Shown piece by piece: positions 39,893 through 50,179 of a stretch of 64,000 nt of DNA. Position 1 is the stretch's first letter, and each line of letters opens with the position of its first letter. The DNA comes from Nitrospirota bacterium (GTDB lineage Bacteria; Nitrospirota; Thermodesulfovibrionia; Thermodesulfovibrionales; Dissulfurispiraceae), in contig CAVPZX010000004.1 in NCBI GenBank assembly GCA_963710375.1, forward strand, positions 64,001 through 128,000, read 5' to 3'. A model generated the notes under the pieces. The model had not been told where the DNA came from and searched no databases. It saw only the letters and a program-made list of their open reading frames with translations. A program made the translations under genes and the position numbers.

Positions 39893-41791
39893 GTGGGTAT
39901 AGACGACAGCCTCTCTTATCTGGATGAGTTGAAAAAATCTTATCCTGAAAAATTCCAGCCTGCTGAAAGGATATTCAGCCACATTCATCCCGGGCACAGG
40001 ATATTTATCGGTACAGGATGCGGTGAACCACAGTTTCTTGTGCGGGAACTTATAAACTATGTGCAGTCCAATCCAAAGGCCTTTTTCGATACTGAACTGC
40101 TCCAGGTATGGAATCTGGGCGTCTCGGCATACGCTGATGAAAAATTCAGGGACAATTTCAGATTCAATTCTTTTTTTATAGGGGAAAATATCAGGGATTC
40201 CGTCAATAAAGGATTTGCCGATTATACCCCTGTTTTCCTGTCGGCGGTGCCGGATTTGTTCCGGAAAAAACGCATCCCGATTGATATAGCTCTTATTCAG
40301 ACCTCTATGCCGGATAAACATGGATACATGAGTCTGGGAATCAGTGTCAACATAGTAAAGGCAGCCGCAGAAAACGCATCGCTGGTAATAGCCCAGATCA
40401 ATTCACACATGCCGCGTATCCACGGCGACACATTCCTGCGCATGAGCGATGTTGATTTTGTCATGCATTGTGACGAGCCGTTGCTTGAGTTTGAGACCAG
40501 TGTGCCTGATGAAATCGGCCAAAAGATCGGGACCTATGTCTCCCGTATTATCCAGGACGGAGATACCATCCAGGTAGGATATGGGAGCATACCAAATGCA
40601 ATCCTGTCGCATCTTGGCAATAAAAAACATTTAGGGGTCCATACTGAGCTTCTTACGGACGGCATAGTGGACCTCATGAAAAAGGGCGTAATTGACAATA
40701 CCAAGAAAGAACTCAACCGCGACAAAACGGTGGCGGCCTTTTGTATGGGTAAAAAGGAGACGTATGAATATATCGATGATAATCCGGGGATAGAATTCAG
40801 ACCGGTCAGTTATACGAACAATCCTTTGACTATATCCCGGAACAGGAATGTTGCCGCTATAAACAGCGCCCTGGAAATTGACCTTACCGGACAGGTTACC
40901 GCTGAATCCCTGGGCAAGTTTTTCTTTAGCGGTATCGGGGGGCAGGCTGATTTTATGCGCGGCGCGATCATGTCTCAGGGAGGCAAGACAGTTCTGACCT
41001 TGCAGTCTACGGCCCATGATGGCGCGGTCTCGAGGATAGTACCTTTTCTGAAGGAGGGAGCAGGGGTGACCCTGACCAGGGGCGATGTGCATTATGTTGT
41101 TACAGAATACGGGATAGCGTATCTGCATGGCAAGAACATCAGGGAGCGGGCCATGGATATCATCGCAATAGCTCATCCGAAGTTCCGTCCATGGCTTATA
41201 GAGGAAGCAAAGAGACTAAGCCTGATATATCGGGACCAGGCCTTTATACCGGGAGAAAAGGGCGCTTATCCTGAAAACATAGAGACCTACAGGACTACGA
41301 GAACAGGCCTAAGGCTGCTTTTGAGGCCGGTTAAAATAAGTGATGAACACCTCTTTAAAGATTTTTTCTATTCACTTTCCGACACGTCTATGTATCAAAG
41401 GTTTATTTCAACTAGGAAGGATATGCATCATGAACGTCTGCAACAATTTGTAGTCATCGATTACTCCAAGGAAATGATGATCCTTGCCGTAATGGAAAAG
41501 GACGGCGAAGAAATGATCGTGGGAATGGGCCAGTATCATATAGATGAAACCACGCACACCGCCGAGGCTGCATTTGCAGTACGTGACGACTATCAGGGCC
41601 AGGGTATTGCCACTGAACTGCTTGCATACTTGACTTACCTGGCAAAGAAAAATGGCCTCTACGGCTTTACGGCAGAGGTGCTTATGGAGAATAAGCCTAT
41701 GCTCAAGGTTTTTGAAAAGATGGGCTTTGTTATCGAAAGGATTGCTGAAGCCGGGGTATATGAACTTAATATGTCATTCAAAGAATCATGA
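39893..41791 (+). CDS. Acetyl-CoA hydrolase/CoA-transferase fused to a GNAT acetyltransferase
   Basis: QVGYGSIP, LGVHTE, SGIGGQADF, VVTEYG; C-terminal AFAVRDDYQGQGIA. Confidence 0.9.
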   Translation: MGIDDSLSYLDELKKSYPEKFQPAERIFSHIHPGHRIFIGTGCGEPQFLVRELINYVQSNPKAFFDTELLQVWNLGVSAYADEKFRDNFRFNSFFIGENIRDSVNKGFADYTPVFLSAVPDLFRKKRIPIDIALIQTSMPDKHGYMSLGISVNIVKAAAENASLVIAQINSHMPRIHGDTFLRMSDVDFVMHCDEPLLEFETSVPDEIGQKIGTYVSRIIQDGDTIQVGYGSIPNAILSHLGNKKHLGVHTELLTDGIVDLMKKGVIDNTKKELNRDKTVAAFCMGKKETYEYIDDNPGIEFRPVSYTNNPLTISRNRNVAAINSALEIDLTGQVTAESLGKFFFSGIGGQADFMRGAIMSQGGKTVLTLQSTAHDGAVSRIVPFLKEGAGVTLTRGDVHYVVTEYGIAYLHGKNIRERAMDIIAIAHPKFRPWLIEEAKRLSLIYRDQAFIPGEKGAYPENIETYRTTRTGLRLLLRPVKISDEHLFKDFFYSLSDTSMYQRFISTRKDMHHERLQQFVVIDYSKEMMILAVMEKDGEEMIVGMGQYHIDETTHTAEAAFAVRDDYQGQGIATELLAYLTYLAKKNGLYGFTAEVLMENKPMLKVFEKMGFVIERIAEAGVYELNMSFKES

Positions 41792-41858
41792 ATTGAAGCG
41801 CTAAATTTTACGCTGTCCACCCGCTAATCAACGCCGCGGACATTTCGCCATTGGTGCA

Positions 41859-42676
41859 ATGCGAGGCAGGTTGAAGACATTCGGAATAGAAGCGGTTCTC
41901 GTCGTGGTTGGAGCGTTTCTTTTTATTGGCCCTGCATGGGCTGGACCTCCATTCTTTACGGATGATCCGGAACCTGTAGAGTACCTGCACTGGGAAATTT
42001 ACGTGGCCTCCCAATGGGCGCATGACAGGGATTCTGGGACATCAGGTACTCTGCCGCATCTTGAGATTAATTACGGTGTTGTTCCGGATGTGCAGCTCCA
42101 CTTAATAGCGCCGATGGCCTATTCTGCCCCTCACGATTCTTCAACCCAGTATGGGCTGGGCGACATAGAAACGGGCATCAAATATCGCTTTATCCATGAA
42201 GACGAAAAAGGGTGGCGACCGCAGGTTGGTGTCTTTCCTATCGTTGACTTTCCATCAGGTGATGCCTTGAGAGGGCTGGGCTCAGGACATATCAACATTT
42301 TTTTGCCGATATGGGTTCAAAAGAGTGGGGACCCTGGACAACCTACGGTGGAGGAGGCTATGACTATCATCCCGGCGATGATCACAAGAACTACTGGTTT
42401 GCCGGATGGCTTCTGCAGCGGGACTTTTCCAAACTGCTGACGTTAGGGGCTGAAATCTTCAATTCTTCTCCCAAGGAAAAAGGCGAGAGTGACGAAACAG
42501 GGTTCAACGCCGGAGGGTATTTAAACCTGAGTGAAGAACACCATATTCTTTTTTCGGCAGGGCGTGACATAAAAGGGCCGAACACACTTTTCGCATACTT
42601 TGCTTTTCAGTGGACATTCGGTCCTGCAGGAAAGGAGGACCTTCTTGAGAAGCAGCTGGAGAAACCTATCCATTAA
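41859..42676 (+). pseudogene. Putative outer-membrane beta-barrel 'transporter' split by a frameshift at ~42326
   Basis: ORFs 41859-42440 and 42311-42676 join as ...LPIWVQKS/WGPWTTYGGGGY...; one T appears missing (AAGAGT[T]GGGGACCC). Confidence 0.7.
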
Positions 42677-42759
42677 GACACACTGTCGAGTACCCGGCAT
42701 ATGAAACGGTTCATGATTGCAAGCCAGTATTTTACGGCGTACCTTTTCGAAGCCAACTT

Positions 42760-43914
42760 ATGAAAATTGAAAAAAATGACAGCAGAGTTGGGGAAGTAGC
42801 AGGTCTTTTCCTGAAGCTTGGCACGATTGCCTTTGGCGGCCCGGCGGCGCATATTGCCATGATGCATGACGAGGTGTGCCGCAGGCGCGGATGGGTAAGC
42901 GAGCAGCGTTTTCTGGACCTCCTTGGGGCGGCCAACCTGATCCCGGGCCCCAGTTCCACGGAAATGGCCATTTACCTGGGATATGAGAGGGCCGGGTGGA
43001 GAGGTCTCATTGCCGGCGGGGTCTGCTTCATTATGCCTGCCATGCTTATTGTGCTGATGCTCTCATGGATTTACGTACAATTGGGCTCGACACTACAGGC
43101 AGTCTGGCTTCTCTATGGAATTAAACCGGTCGTCGTTGCTATCATTGTACAGGCCGTGTGGGGACTTAGCAAAAATGCGATCAAAGGACCCATGCTTGCA
43201 GCAGTCAGCTTGCTGGTCTTGGTCTTATACCTAGGCGGGTTCAGTGCGGTTGCTCTCATTTTCGGAAGCGGGCTCTTCGTAATGTGCGCTAAGAACCTGT
43301 GGCGCATCCGGCGTGGAATGCATATGGGTATTGCGCTTCTCCCGGGGCTTGGATTGCCTGTCAACCAGGTTGTGGGAATTCCGGTGCCATTCAGCTTCAC
43401 GGGCCTGTTTTTAATCTTCCTGAAAATCGGCTCTGTAGTCTTCGGATCGGGATATGTCCTCCTGGCTTTTTTGCGAAATGATTTCGTCCATAGGCTGGGC
43501 TGGCTTACCGATCAACAGGTGCTTGATGCAGTTGCCATAGGCCAATTCACACCGGGTCCTGTTTTCACTACTGCCACTTTCATCGGCTTTATTTTAGGCG
43601 GCTTTCATGGAGCTTTACTGGCAACTGTGGCAATATTCCTTCCCTCTTTTTTATTTGTCGCAGCGGTCTTCCCCCTGGTCGGCATTTTGCGCCGATCGCT
43701 GTGGGCCAGTGCATTCCTGGATGGGGTCAACAGCGGGGCGCTAGGTCTCATGGCTGGAGTGACAATGCAGCTTGGCAAAGCAGCACTAATAGACTGGTTT
43801 ACATTATCATTGGCATTGCTTTCAGCCCTGGCCCTTTTTCGGTTCAAAATAAACTCCGCATGGCTGGTATTAGCCGGCGGAGTTATAGGTCTTGCTTACA
43901 AAATGCTTATTTAA
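42760..43914 (+). CDS. chrA: Chromate efflux transporter
   Basis: AFGGPAAH, IPGPSSTE, VFGSG, TPGPVF two-domain CHR signature. Confidence 0.93.
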   Translation: MKIEKNDSRVGEVAGLFLKLGTIAFGGPAAHIAMMHDEVCRRRGWVSEQRFLDLLGAANLIPGPSSTEMAIYLGYERAGWRGLIAGGVCFIMPAMLIVLMLSWIYVQLGSTLQAVWLLYGIKPVVVAIIVQAVWGLSKNAIKGPMLAAVSLLVLVLYLGGFSAVALIFGSGLFVMCAKNLWRIRRGMHMGIALLPGLGLPVNQVVGIPVPFSFTGLFLIFLKIGSVVFGSGYVLLAFLRNDFVHRLGWLTDQQVLDAVAIGQFTPGPVFTTATFIGFILGGFHGALLATVAIFLPSFLFVAAVFPLVGILRRSLWASAFLDGVNSGALGLMAGVTMQLGKAALIDWFTLSLALLSALALFRFKINSAWLVLAGGVIGLAYKMLI

Positions 43915-44066
43915 AGATTGCCGTTACGGGGCCTCTTCAAGCGCGTCAACAATATATGGAGGCAATCCGCTCGTGCGATGCAATTGATTTCGAGCTTGTC
44001 TAACCCATTCCATTTAATCATCGCTGAACAAGTGCGAAGTACGTCCCAGCCCAATTGATGAGAGAG

Positions 44067-44336
44067 TTAATTGTGCTGGAGCATGGTTTTTTTCTTTTCC
44101 TCATACTCCTCCTTGTCTATCTCTCCTCGTGCATATCGTTTGTCGAGAATATCCATTGCCGAGTCCGAAATATCTGTATTATTTCTGTCAGCTCTTTGGG
44201 AGCCGGGCCGGCACATCATCAAACCCTTACGTCCCCTCATCATGAAGAATATAAAGATACACAGAATTATTATGAAGAGGGGAAATATACACCACAGAAA
44301 ATAACCATGAGATTCCGGGTAGAACATATAGACCAC
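44067..44336 (-). CDS. SHOCT domain membrane protein
   Basis: TM followed by AMDILDKRYARGEIDKEEYEEKK. Confidence 0.88.
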   Translation of the reverse strand: MVYMFYPESHGYFLWCIFPLFIIILCIFIFFMMRGRKGLMMCRPGSQRADRNNTDISDSAMDILDKRYARGEIDKEEYEEKKKTMLQHN

Positions 44337-44484
44337 CTCCTTTCCTAGTACACACTGTTTTCATGTTCCCGTCTCTTCTTTCATGAAACTTTTCACATTA
44401 TCGGTGTTAATCAACCACCCAACAGGTATTTACAAGAAAATCATAAAGTTGAGAGAGCTATCATTATCTTGGTTGCCGATATTT

Positions 44485-44736
44485 CTACTGACTGCATTCA
44501 CTGCCGCCGGCGCAACACCTCCCTTCCTTGACATCGCCGAACAACTTACTTGCAAACTGTTTAGCCTTGCCATTAGCCCCCGTTTTTACTGCTTCCGCAA
44601 CTTGAATTGCAGCCTGCATTTCCTCTTTGGTCAACCCTGCCTGAATTGCCTTTTGATTATGGTATTCCATGCAAGGTTGACAATTCACTGCGTAGGCAAC
44701 ACCTAATGCTATCATTTCCTCAATCTTCGCATCCAT
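44485..44736 (-). CDS. Carboxymuconolactone decarboxylase/AhpD family protein with Cys-rich tail
   Basis: EMIALGVAYAVNCQPCMEYH; C-terminal CCAGGSEC. Confidence 0.88.
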   Translation of the reverse strand: MDAKIEEMIALGVAYAVNCQPCMEYHNQKAIQAGLTKEEMQAAIQVAEAVKTGANGKAKQFASKLFGDVKEGRCCAGGSECSQ

Positions 44737-44777
44737 GTTTTATCTCCCTCCGTACTCGATATTAAATTCCAACCTTA

Positions 44778-44806
44778 TAGACGAAAGCCGGAGAGAAAAG
44801 GATACA
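44778..44806 (-). promoter_or_regulatory. Putative ECF-sigma promoter TGTATCC-N16-CGTCTA driving the CMD gene
   Basis: ECF-type -35/-10 elements immediately downstream of the ECF sigma gene. Confidence 0.6.
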
Positions 44807-44819
44807 GCTATTTAGAATT

Positions 44820-45431
44820 TTATCTAAAGTGCAGGATTGTTTGTTTCGGATCGCAAGCCAATTCGTTTCTTTCATCTCGGTAAAAATCACATTGAGCATC
44901 CAGGGCTTCTTTCAATTTGGCCCTGGCGCGATGGAGCCTGATCTTGACTGCATCAAGGCTGATTCCGAGTATTTCTGCAATTTGATTGTTTTTCATTTCT
45001 TCAAGATCGCTCAGTACAATTACCGTCCGATAATCTTCTGGAAGCCCATCAATGACACGACGAATACATCCGTTCATTTCCTTGCGGATAAGCTGCCGGT
45101 CGACAGGGGGGGTCTTTTCGTCTTTCCATGTGTTTTCGTCATCAATCTCGACTTCATCATTCTCAATCGATTCTTTCCCTGTCATCATATACTTGAAATC
45201 CAGGCTGCGCAACTTGTCTAACGCAGTATTGGTAGCGATCCTATATATCCAGGTGGATAGCCCGGACCTTTTCCGGAAGTCCGGCAGGCCGCGACTGATC
45301 TTTATAAAGACTTCCTGGGCAAGGTCTTCAGCTTCAGGCCCTCCCACCAGACGCGTCAAATAGCGAAGGATTTTCGGTCTGTAATAGTCGTGGATCGTAT
45401 TGAAGTCTAATGAACCGTGACTCATGTCCAT
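44820..45431 (-). CDS. ECF RNA polymerase sigma factor (SigZ-like, Cys-containing tail)
   Basis: AEDLAQEVF, STWIYRIATN, IAEILGIS..AVKIRLHRAR; TAATG coupling to the upstream gene. Confidence 0.92.
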   Translation of the reverse strand: MDMSHGSLDFNTIHDYYRPKILRYLTRLVGGPEAEDLAQEVFIKISRGLPDFRKRSGLSTWIYRIATNTALDKLRSLDFKYMMTGKESIENDEVEIDDENTWKDEKTPPVDRQLIRKEMNGCIRRVIDGLPEDYRTVIVLSDLEEMKNNQIAEILGISLDAVKIRLHRARAKLKEALDAQCDFYRDERNELACDPKQTILHFR

Positions 45432-46786
45432 TAACGGTCTGCCCGAGTCCACGCCTGGGCAGCCATTTGCACAGGGTCCCAGGGGCTGGAGAGTGGCGGG
45501 GTATAACTTAGATCCAGGTCGTTCAATGCCTCGACGGTCATACCATGATGAACTGCCGCAGCCACCGTGTCGATGCGCTTAGAAACCTCTGTGCCGTAAG
45601 TGCCGATGATCTGCATGCCCAGAAGCTTGAGTGTTTTATTGTCGCCCGTGATCCGAATTCGCAATTTTTCCGCGTGGGGATAATAGACCTTATGGTCCCA
45701 AGTGTCAATATCCACAGACAAGGGAGAAAACCCTTCTTTCAATGCTTCATCATCTTTCAGTCCGGTCCGTGCAGCGACAAGATTGAAAATCTTAACGGAT
45801 TGGGTTCCCAAGGAGCCGGTATATTCGCGGTTTCCGCCTACTGAGTTTTCGCCGGCTATACGACCCTGCTTATGGGAGGTAGTGCCCAAGGGCAGGTAAG
45901 TGTTTTTCCCAAGCAGTCGGTGATAAGTTTCTACACAGTCGCCGGCTGCGTAAATATCAGCAATGGAGGTCTCCATTCGCTGATTGACGCAAATTGCGCC
46001 CTTAACGCCGGTTTTGATACCGGCGGATTGGGCCAGACGGGTTTCCGGCTGGATGCCTACGGCCACAAGAACCATATCGGCAGTAATAGCATCTGTGCCT
46101 GAGCACACAGAAAGCGAACCTCCCGTGGATTCGATCTGTTTCACACTAAATTCGTTGAACACCTGAACGCCATTTTTTTCCAATTCCGTCCGCACGATAC
46201 TACCCAAGGCCGGATCAAAAGTTGTGAGAACGGAAGGCGCAAATTCGACTACGGAAACTGAGAGACCCCGTCGCTTCATGGCATCGGCCATTTCCATACC
46301 GATATAACCTGCACCGATTATAACGATAGACGCAGGACGACGAGCCGTGAGGTATTCCTGAAACGCAAAACTGTCCGCCATCGATCTGAGAAAAAAAACG
46401 CCGGGAAGATCGATGCCGGGAAGATTCGGTATAAGAGATATGCCTCCGGTACCTATCACAAGCTTGTCGTAAGAAAAAGTCTTGATACGGCCGATAGTAT
46501 CGGCAGCAACTATTTGTTTTCGGTCAGAAATGATAGATGTGACACGATGCTGTGTCACCACTTTGATGTCTTCTTTTTCGATTTCATCAGCGGTGCGATG
46601 GGCTAATGCTTTCCAGTCAGGCACCTCACCACTCAGATAAAACGGAAGACCGCAGATACTGAAATTGGGATATTGGTCTGCCAGGATCATTGTGACTTCC
46701 GTATTGGGCGCCAATTCCTTGACTCGAAGTCCTGCGCTGATTCCGGCATCACTGCCGCCGATAATTACTATTTTTTCAGTTTTCAT
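45431..46786 (-). CDS. FAD-dependent pyridine nucleotide-disulfide oxidoreductase (CoA-disulfide reductase/NADH oxidase family)
   Basis: GGSDAG, SICGLP, GAGYIG, YAAGD, DLSYTPP. Confidence 0.9.
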   Translation of the reverse strand: MKTEKIVIIGGSDAGISAGLRVKELAPNTEVTMILADQYPNFSICGLPFYLSGEVPDWKALAHRTADEIEKEDIKVVTQHRVTSIISDRKQIVAADTIGRIKTFSYDKLVIGTGGISLIPNLPGIDLPGVFFLRSMADSFAFQEYLTARRPASIVIIGAGYIGMEMADAMKRRGLSVSVVEFAPSVLTTFDPALGSIVRTELEKNGVQVFNEFSVKQIESTGGSLSVCSGTDAITADMVLVAVGIQPETRLAQSAGIKTGVKGAICVNQRMETSIADIYAAGDCVETYHRLLGKNTYLPLGTTSHKQGRIAGENSVGGNREYTGSLGTQSVKIFNLVAARTGLKDDEALKEGFSPLSVDIDTWDHKVYYPHAEKLRIRITGDNKTLKLLGMQIIGTYGTEVSKRIDTVAAAVHHGMTVEALNDLDLSYTPPLSSPWDPVQMAAQAWTRADR

Positions 46787-46862
46787 ATCGTGCCTTGTGA
46801 GATTTTTTTACCTTGAAGAAGCTTATATGCCCGTGAATATCTCCCAGAACTCCGATCTTCAT
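46776..46862 (-). pseudogene. Truncated metallophosphoesterase N-terminus
   Basis: GGAGG SD + MKIGVLGDIHGH... (DxH motif I), stop after 28 aa. Confidence 0.6.
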
Positions 46863-46949
46863 TAAGACCTCCCAGTTGTGTTCGTATAAATCGTATCACA
46901 ATTTATCAATCCGTGATAGCGTGATATAATCACCAAAAGTAATCATTAT

Positions 46950-47637
46950 TTATTTGTGTTTCTCTGAAACTTTGTTCTTGATCTCTTCCATCCTCTTGGC
47001 AAATGCCTCTTTCTGCCTCCGCTCTGTCTCATCTTTAGGCTCAGATACAGGGTTGGTGACCCTCCATGTGAGACTGGGCGCTTATCGGTCCTTCGGGATA
47101 TGCGCCAATGTCGTGCAGCATATGATTCTCGAACTCTGAAGGGGTTTCCTGGTAACAGGACCAGACAGCCTTTCTTATGAGATCGGGGGTCCCGCGATTG
47201 AGCACATCGATGACCGTAATGATCTGTTTTCTGAAACGCTCGATAAATTCGATAGGGAGGTTGAAGAGATATGGAGTCGGAGCTGTTGTGTTCCTGATTC
47301 TCTTGCGTTCATCAATGCCGTCTTTCAACAGAGACATTATTGCTTCACCCGTAGAATGGCCGGGAGACTCGGGTCCGGTCAGAACAAGATAGCGGATGTT
47401 TGGATTGCCAATGATATTACATATCATTTTCTCGACGCCGATGTTTTCGGTCTGTATCGTCCCTGACAGCGCAGCGCCCGCCTCGACGCCGGTCCTGACG
47501 AGCAGTTCTATGTCCTTCGGGATTTTGTCGTTGTCATAGATCAGTACAACCGCTACCGCTGCAGGAGAATAATCGTTTCCTCTTAGATAGCGGCCTTCTT
47601 CGGTCGGATAATCGGGTGACGGCTCAACCTTGAGCAT
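46950..47637 (-). CDS. Soluble MtrA-like corrinoid protein; apparent frameshift at ~47077 (called ORF ends at 47041)
   Basis: GAALSG..QTENIGVEKMICNIIGNPNIRYLVLTGPESPGHSTGEA...G...RI...AP.PY..N is the MtrA signature with the cobalt-ligating His; alternate frame continues LTWRVTNPVSEP...HK* to 46950. Confidence 0.85.
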
Positions 47638-47656
47638 ACTATTCTCCCTTCATAGG

Positions 47657-48739
47657 TTACGAATGAGGGTTAATCTCGGCCACCTTGCAATATGTGCCCG
47701 AAAAATACTTCCTTTGGAAATAAAAGGCCACGTTCACCAGCCCTATCATGACAGGCACCTCTACGAGAGGCCCTATGACTGCCGCAAATGCCGCCCCTGA
47801 GTTAATGCCGAATACTGCCACGGCAACGGCAATGGCAAGCTCGAAATTATTGCTTGCAGCAGTGAAGGAGAGAGTTGCTGTTTTTGCATAATCAGTGCCG
47901 ATCTTCCTGCCCATGTAGAATGAGACAAGAAACATGACTACGAAATAAATCAGCAGCGGGATTGCTATACGAATTACATCCAGTGGGAGTTTGACAATAT
48001 AATTTCCCTTTAGGGAAAACATGACAACGATCGTAAAGAGGAGGAAGATAAGCGTGACCGGGCTGATTTTAGGTATAAATACCCGCTCATACCATTGACG
48101 GCCCTTTATTTTGAGCAGACTGAACCGGGTGATCATTCCAGCGATAAAAGGGATCCCCAGGTAGATGAACACGCTCTCTGCAATCTGCCTTATTGTGACC
48201 TCGACAACGACTCCCTTGAGCCCAAACCATGCCGGCAGTTTCGTTATGAATATATACGCATAAACCGAATAGAAGAGCACCTGAAAAACAGAATTGAACG
48301 CCACGAGCCCGGCAGCGTACTCGGGATCGCCGCAGGCAAGGTCATTCCACACTATAACCATGGCGATGCAGCGTGCCAGACCGATCATTATAAGTCCGAC
48401 CATATATTCCGGATAGTCATGCAAGAAGATAATCGCCAAAGAGAACATGAGGATAGGACCGATAATCCAATTCTGGACAAGAGACACACCCAGCACCTTT
48501 TTGTTCTTAAAGACTTCGCCCAGTTCCTCATATTTGACCTTTGCAAGGGGAGGGTACATCATGAGGATAAGACCCACGGCAATAGGGATATTGGTTGTTC
48601 CGACCTGAAAACTGTTTATCAGGACCTCCACTCCGGGTATGAAATAGCCGAGACCCACACCCAATGCCATAGCCGCAAATATCCATATGGTGAGATAGCG
48701 GTCAAGAAAAGAGAGTTTCTTATCTTCCATCCGCCCCAT
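47657..48739 (-). CDS. acr3: ACR3 family arsenite efflux transporter
   Basis: [44 protein letters not shown]. Confidence 0.96.
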   Translation of the reverse strand: MGRMEDKKLSFLDRYLTIWIFAAMALGVGLGYFIPGVEVLINSFQVGTTNIPIAVGLILMMYPPLAKVKYEELGEVFKNKKVLGVSLVQNWIIGPILMFSLAIIFLHDYPEYMVGLIMIGLARCIAMVIVWNDLACGDPEYAAGLVAFNSVFQVLFYSVYAYIFITKLPAWFGLKGVVVEVTIRQIAESVFIYLGIPFIAGMITRFSLLKIKGRQWYERVFIPKISPVTLIFLLFTIVVMFSLKGNYIVKLPLDVIRIAIPLLIYFVVMFLVSFYMGRKIGTDYAKTATLSFTAASNNFELAIAVAVAVFGINSGAAFAAVIGPLVEVPVMIGLVNVAFYFQRKYFSGTYCKVAEINPHS

Positions 48740-48740
48740 G

Positions 48741-49169
48741 CTATTTTTCCTCTTTAAGCCACTGCTCTATGCGAGACTTGATCTGGTCCCTTATCCTTTG
48801 CGCACCCTGCAATCGTTCTTCATGGGTGCCCTCGAGTTTGGCAGGATCTTCAAAGGGCCATTTAAGCTGCTTCATCACACCCGGGAAGGAAGGGCATCGT
48901 TCGGCGTTTGCATCATCACAAACAGCTATCACATAGTTATAACGCTTTCCTTCCTTATAAAAGTCAAAAGCACTCTTTACCTTGTTGTTAGATATGTCAT
49001 ACCCGGATTCTTTCATCACTTCAACGATCAGCGGGTTCAATGCGGCGGGGCTTAACCCGGCGCTTTCGGCTATGAATCTATCACCAGCCATAGCATTCAG
49101 AAATGTCTCGGCCATTTGACTCCGGGCCGTGTTATGAACACACACAAATAAAACCTTTTTCTTTTCCAT
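48741..49169 (-). CDS. arsC: Thioredoxin-dependent arsenate reductase (LMW-PTP family)
   Basis: [27 protein letters not shown]. Confidence 0.92.
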   Translation of the reverse strand: MEKKKVLFVCVHNTARSQMAETFLNAMAGDRFIAESAGLSPAALNPLIVEVMKESGYDISNNKVKSAFDFYKEGKRYNYVIAVCDDANAERCPSFPGVMKQLKWPFEDPAKLEGTHEERLQGAQRIRDQIKSRIEQWLKEEK

Positions 49170-49200
49170 ATTTTTCCTCCCACTGGCAACGGTTTAATAT

Positions 49201-49542
49201 CTAAGCGCACGAAAGCCCTTTTTTATTTTGCCTGAATTCACTCAATCGATTCTGATCCTCTCTGACAGATTCAGAGGATATCTTTTCCAGTACAGTGTGG
49301 ATTAAGAATCTTTTGAACAGATCTGAATCATGGATACTGTAGTGAATCCACTTCCCCTGTCTTCTGTCCTTGATCAGACCGGCGTCTTTCAGAATTTTGA
49401 GATGAAAAGAAACCTTCGGTTGGAACATGTCGAGCGCAGCGACAATATCGCACACGCAGAGTTCTCCGTCTTCCAATAGCTTTAAAGTCCGGAGCCTTGT
49501 CTCATCAGAGAGGGCTTGAAAAACAGAAACTAATTCGTTCAT
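49201..49542 (-). CDS. arsR: ArsR/SmtB metalloregulator
   Basis: ALSDETRL, ELCVCDI, SFHLKIL. Confidence 0.93.
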   Translation of the reverse strand: MNELVSVFQALSDETRLRTLKLLEDGELCVCDIVAALDMFQPKVSFHLKILKDAGLIKDRRQGKWIHYSIHDSDLFKRFLIHTVLEKISSESVREDQNRLSEFRQNKKGLSCA

Positions 49543-49778
49543 TGCTCCTCCTTTAAGAGCAACTTCATTCGCTCAATGCCGGGAAGCGGTTTTCCAGAAT
49601 GCTTCAGTTTACCGTTAATGACAAGACCCGGAGTGGACATGGTATATTTCAGAATTTCCTTCACGTCTGATATTTTGTCGATTTTTGCTTCGATGCCGAG
49701 GTCCTCGATGGCCTGTTTCACGAGTTCCTCCATTTTTATGCAATTTGCACATCCGGGGCCGAGCACTTTGACATCCAT
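49539..49778 (-). CDS. Small redox-active disulfide (thioredoxin-like) protein
   Basis: VLGPGCANC, MSTPGLVING. Confidence 0.9.
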   Translation of the reverse strand: MDVKVLGPGCANCIKMEELVKQAIEDLGIEAKIDKISDVKEILKYTMSTPGLVINGKLKHSGKPLPGIERMKLLLKEEQ

Positions 49779-49789
49779 GGCAACTCTCC

Positions 49790-50140
49790 TTAAAATACTA
49801 TTTTTTCAGATGCATCTCTTATCGCCGCACTGGTCACTTCTGTCTTTCCCTTCTTATACCCGAAATCCTCAAGCATATAAGATTTCGGCGTGAATCCCGC
49901 ATTTTCGAGTATTTTCTTTGCACATAAAGACGCACAGCCGTCAATGGTGACAGTCGCCGCTGCCTTTACCGCGGCTATCTTTTCAGGTATGTTTGCTCCA
50001 ACGGCAGCCATACAATACATCTTACCCTTTCCATCTTTAGATAGTTTTCTTGCAACCTGGTCGGATAACGCCCCTACGTCCGCCGCACCCGAGCAAGAGA
50101 AAATTAGCACATTTTTGTCGCCACATGCGCACTCTGTCAT
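49790..50140 (-). CDS. DGC-domain putative zinc-binding protein
   Basis: CSGAADVG, YCMA, IDGC..LCA. Confidence 0.88.
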   Translation of the reverse strand: MTECACGDKNVLIFSCSGAADVGALSDQVARKLSKDGKGKMYCMAAVGANIPEKIAAVKAAATVTIDGCASLCAKKILENAGFTPKSYMLEDFGYKKGKTEVTSAAIRDASEKIVF

Positions 50141-50179
50141 ATCGTCCTCCTTAAGTTGAAACTTGAAGACCAGCGGTCT

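Noticed and set aside
47041..47637. Methanogenesis (Mtr complex) or archaeal contamination
   Set aside because: Only an anchorless mtrA-like gene is present, embedded in a bacterial operon; no mtrB-H or mcr genes
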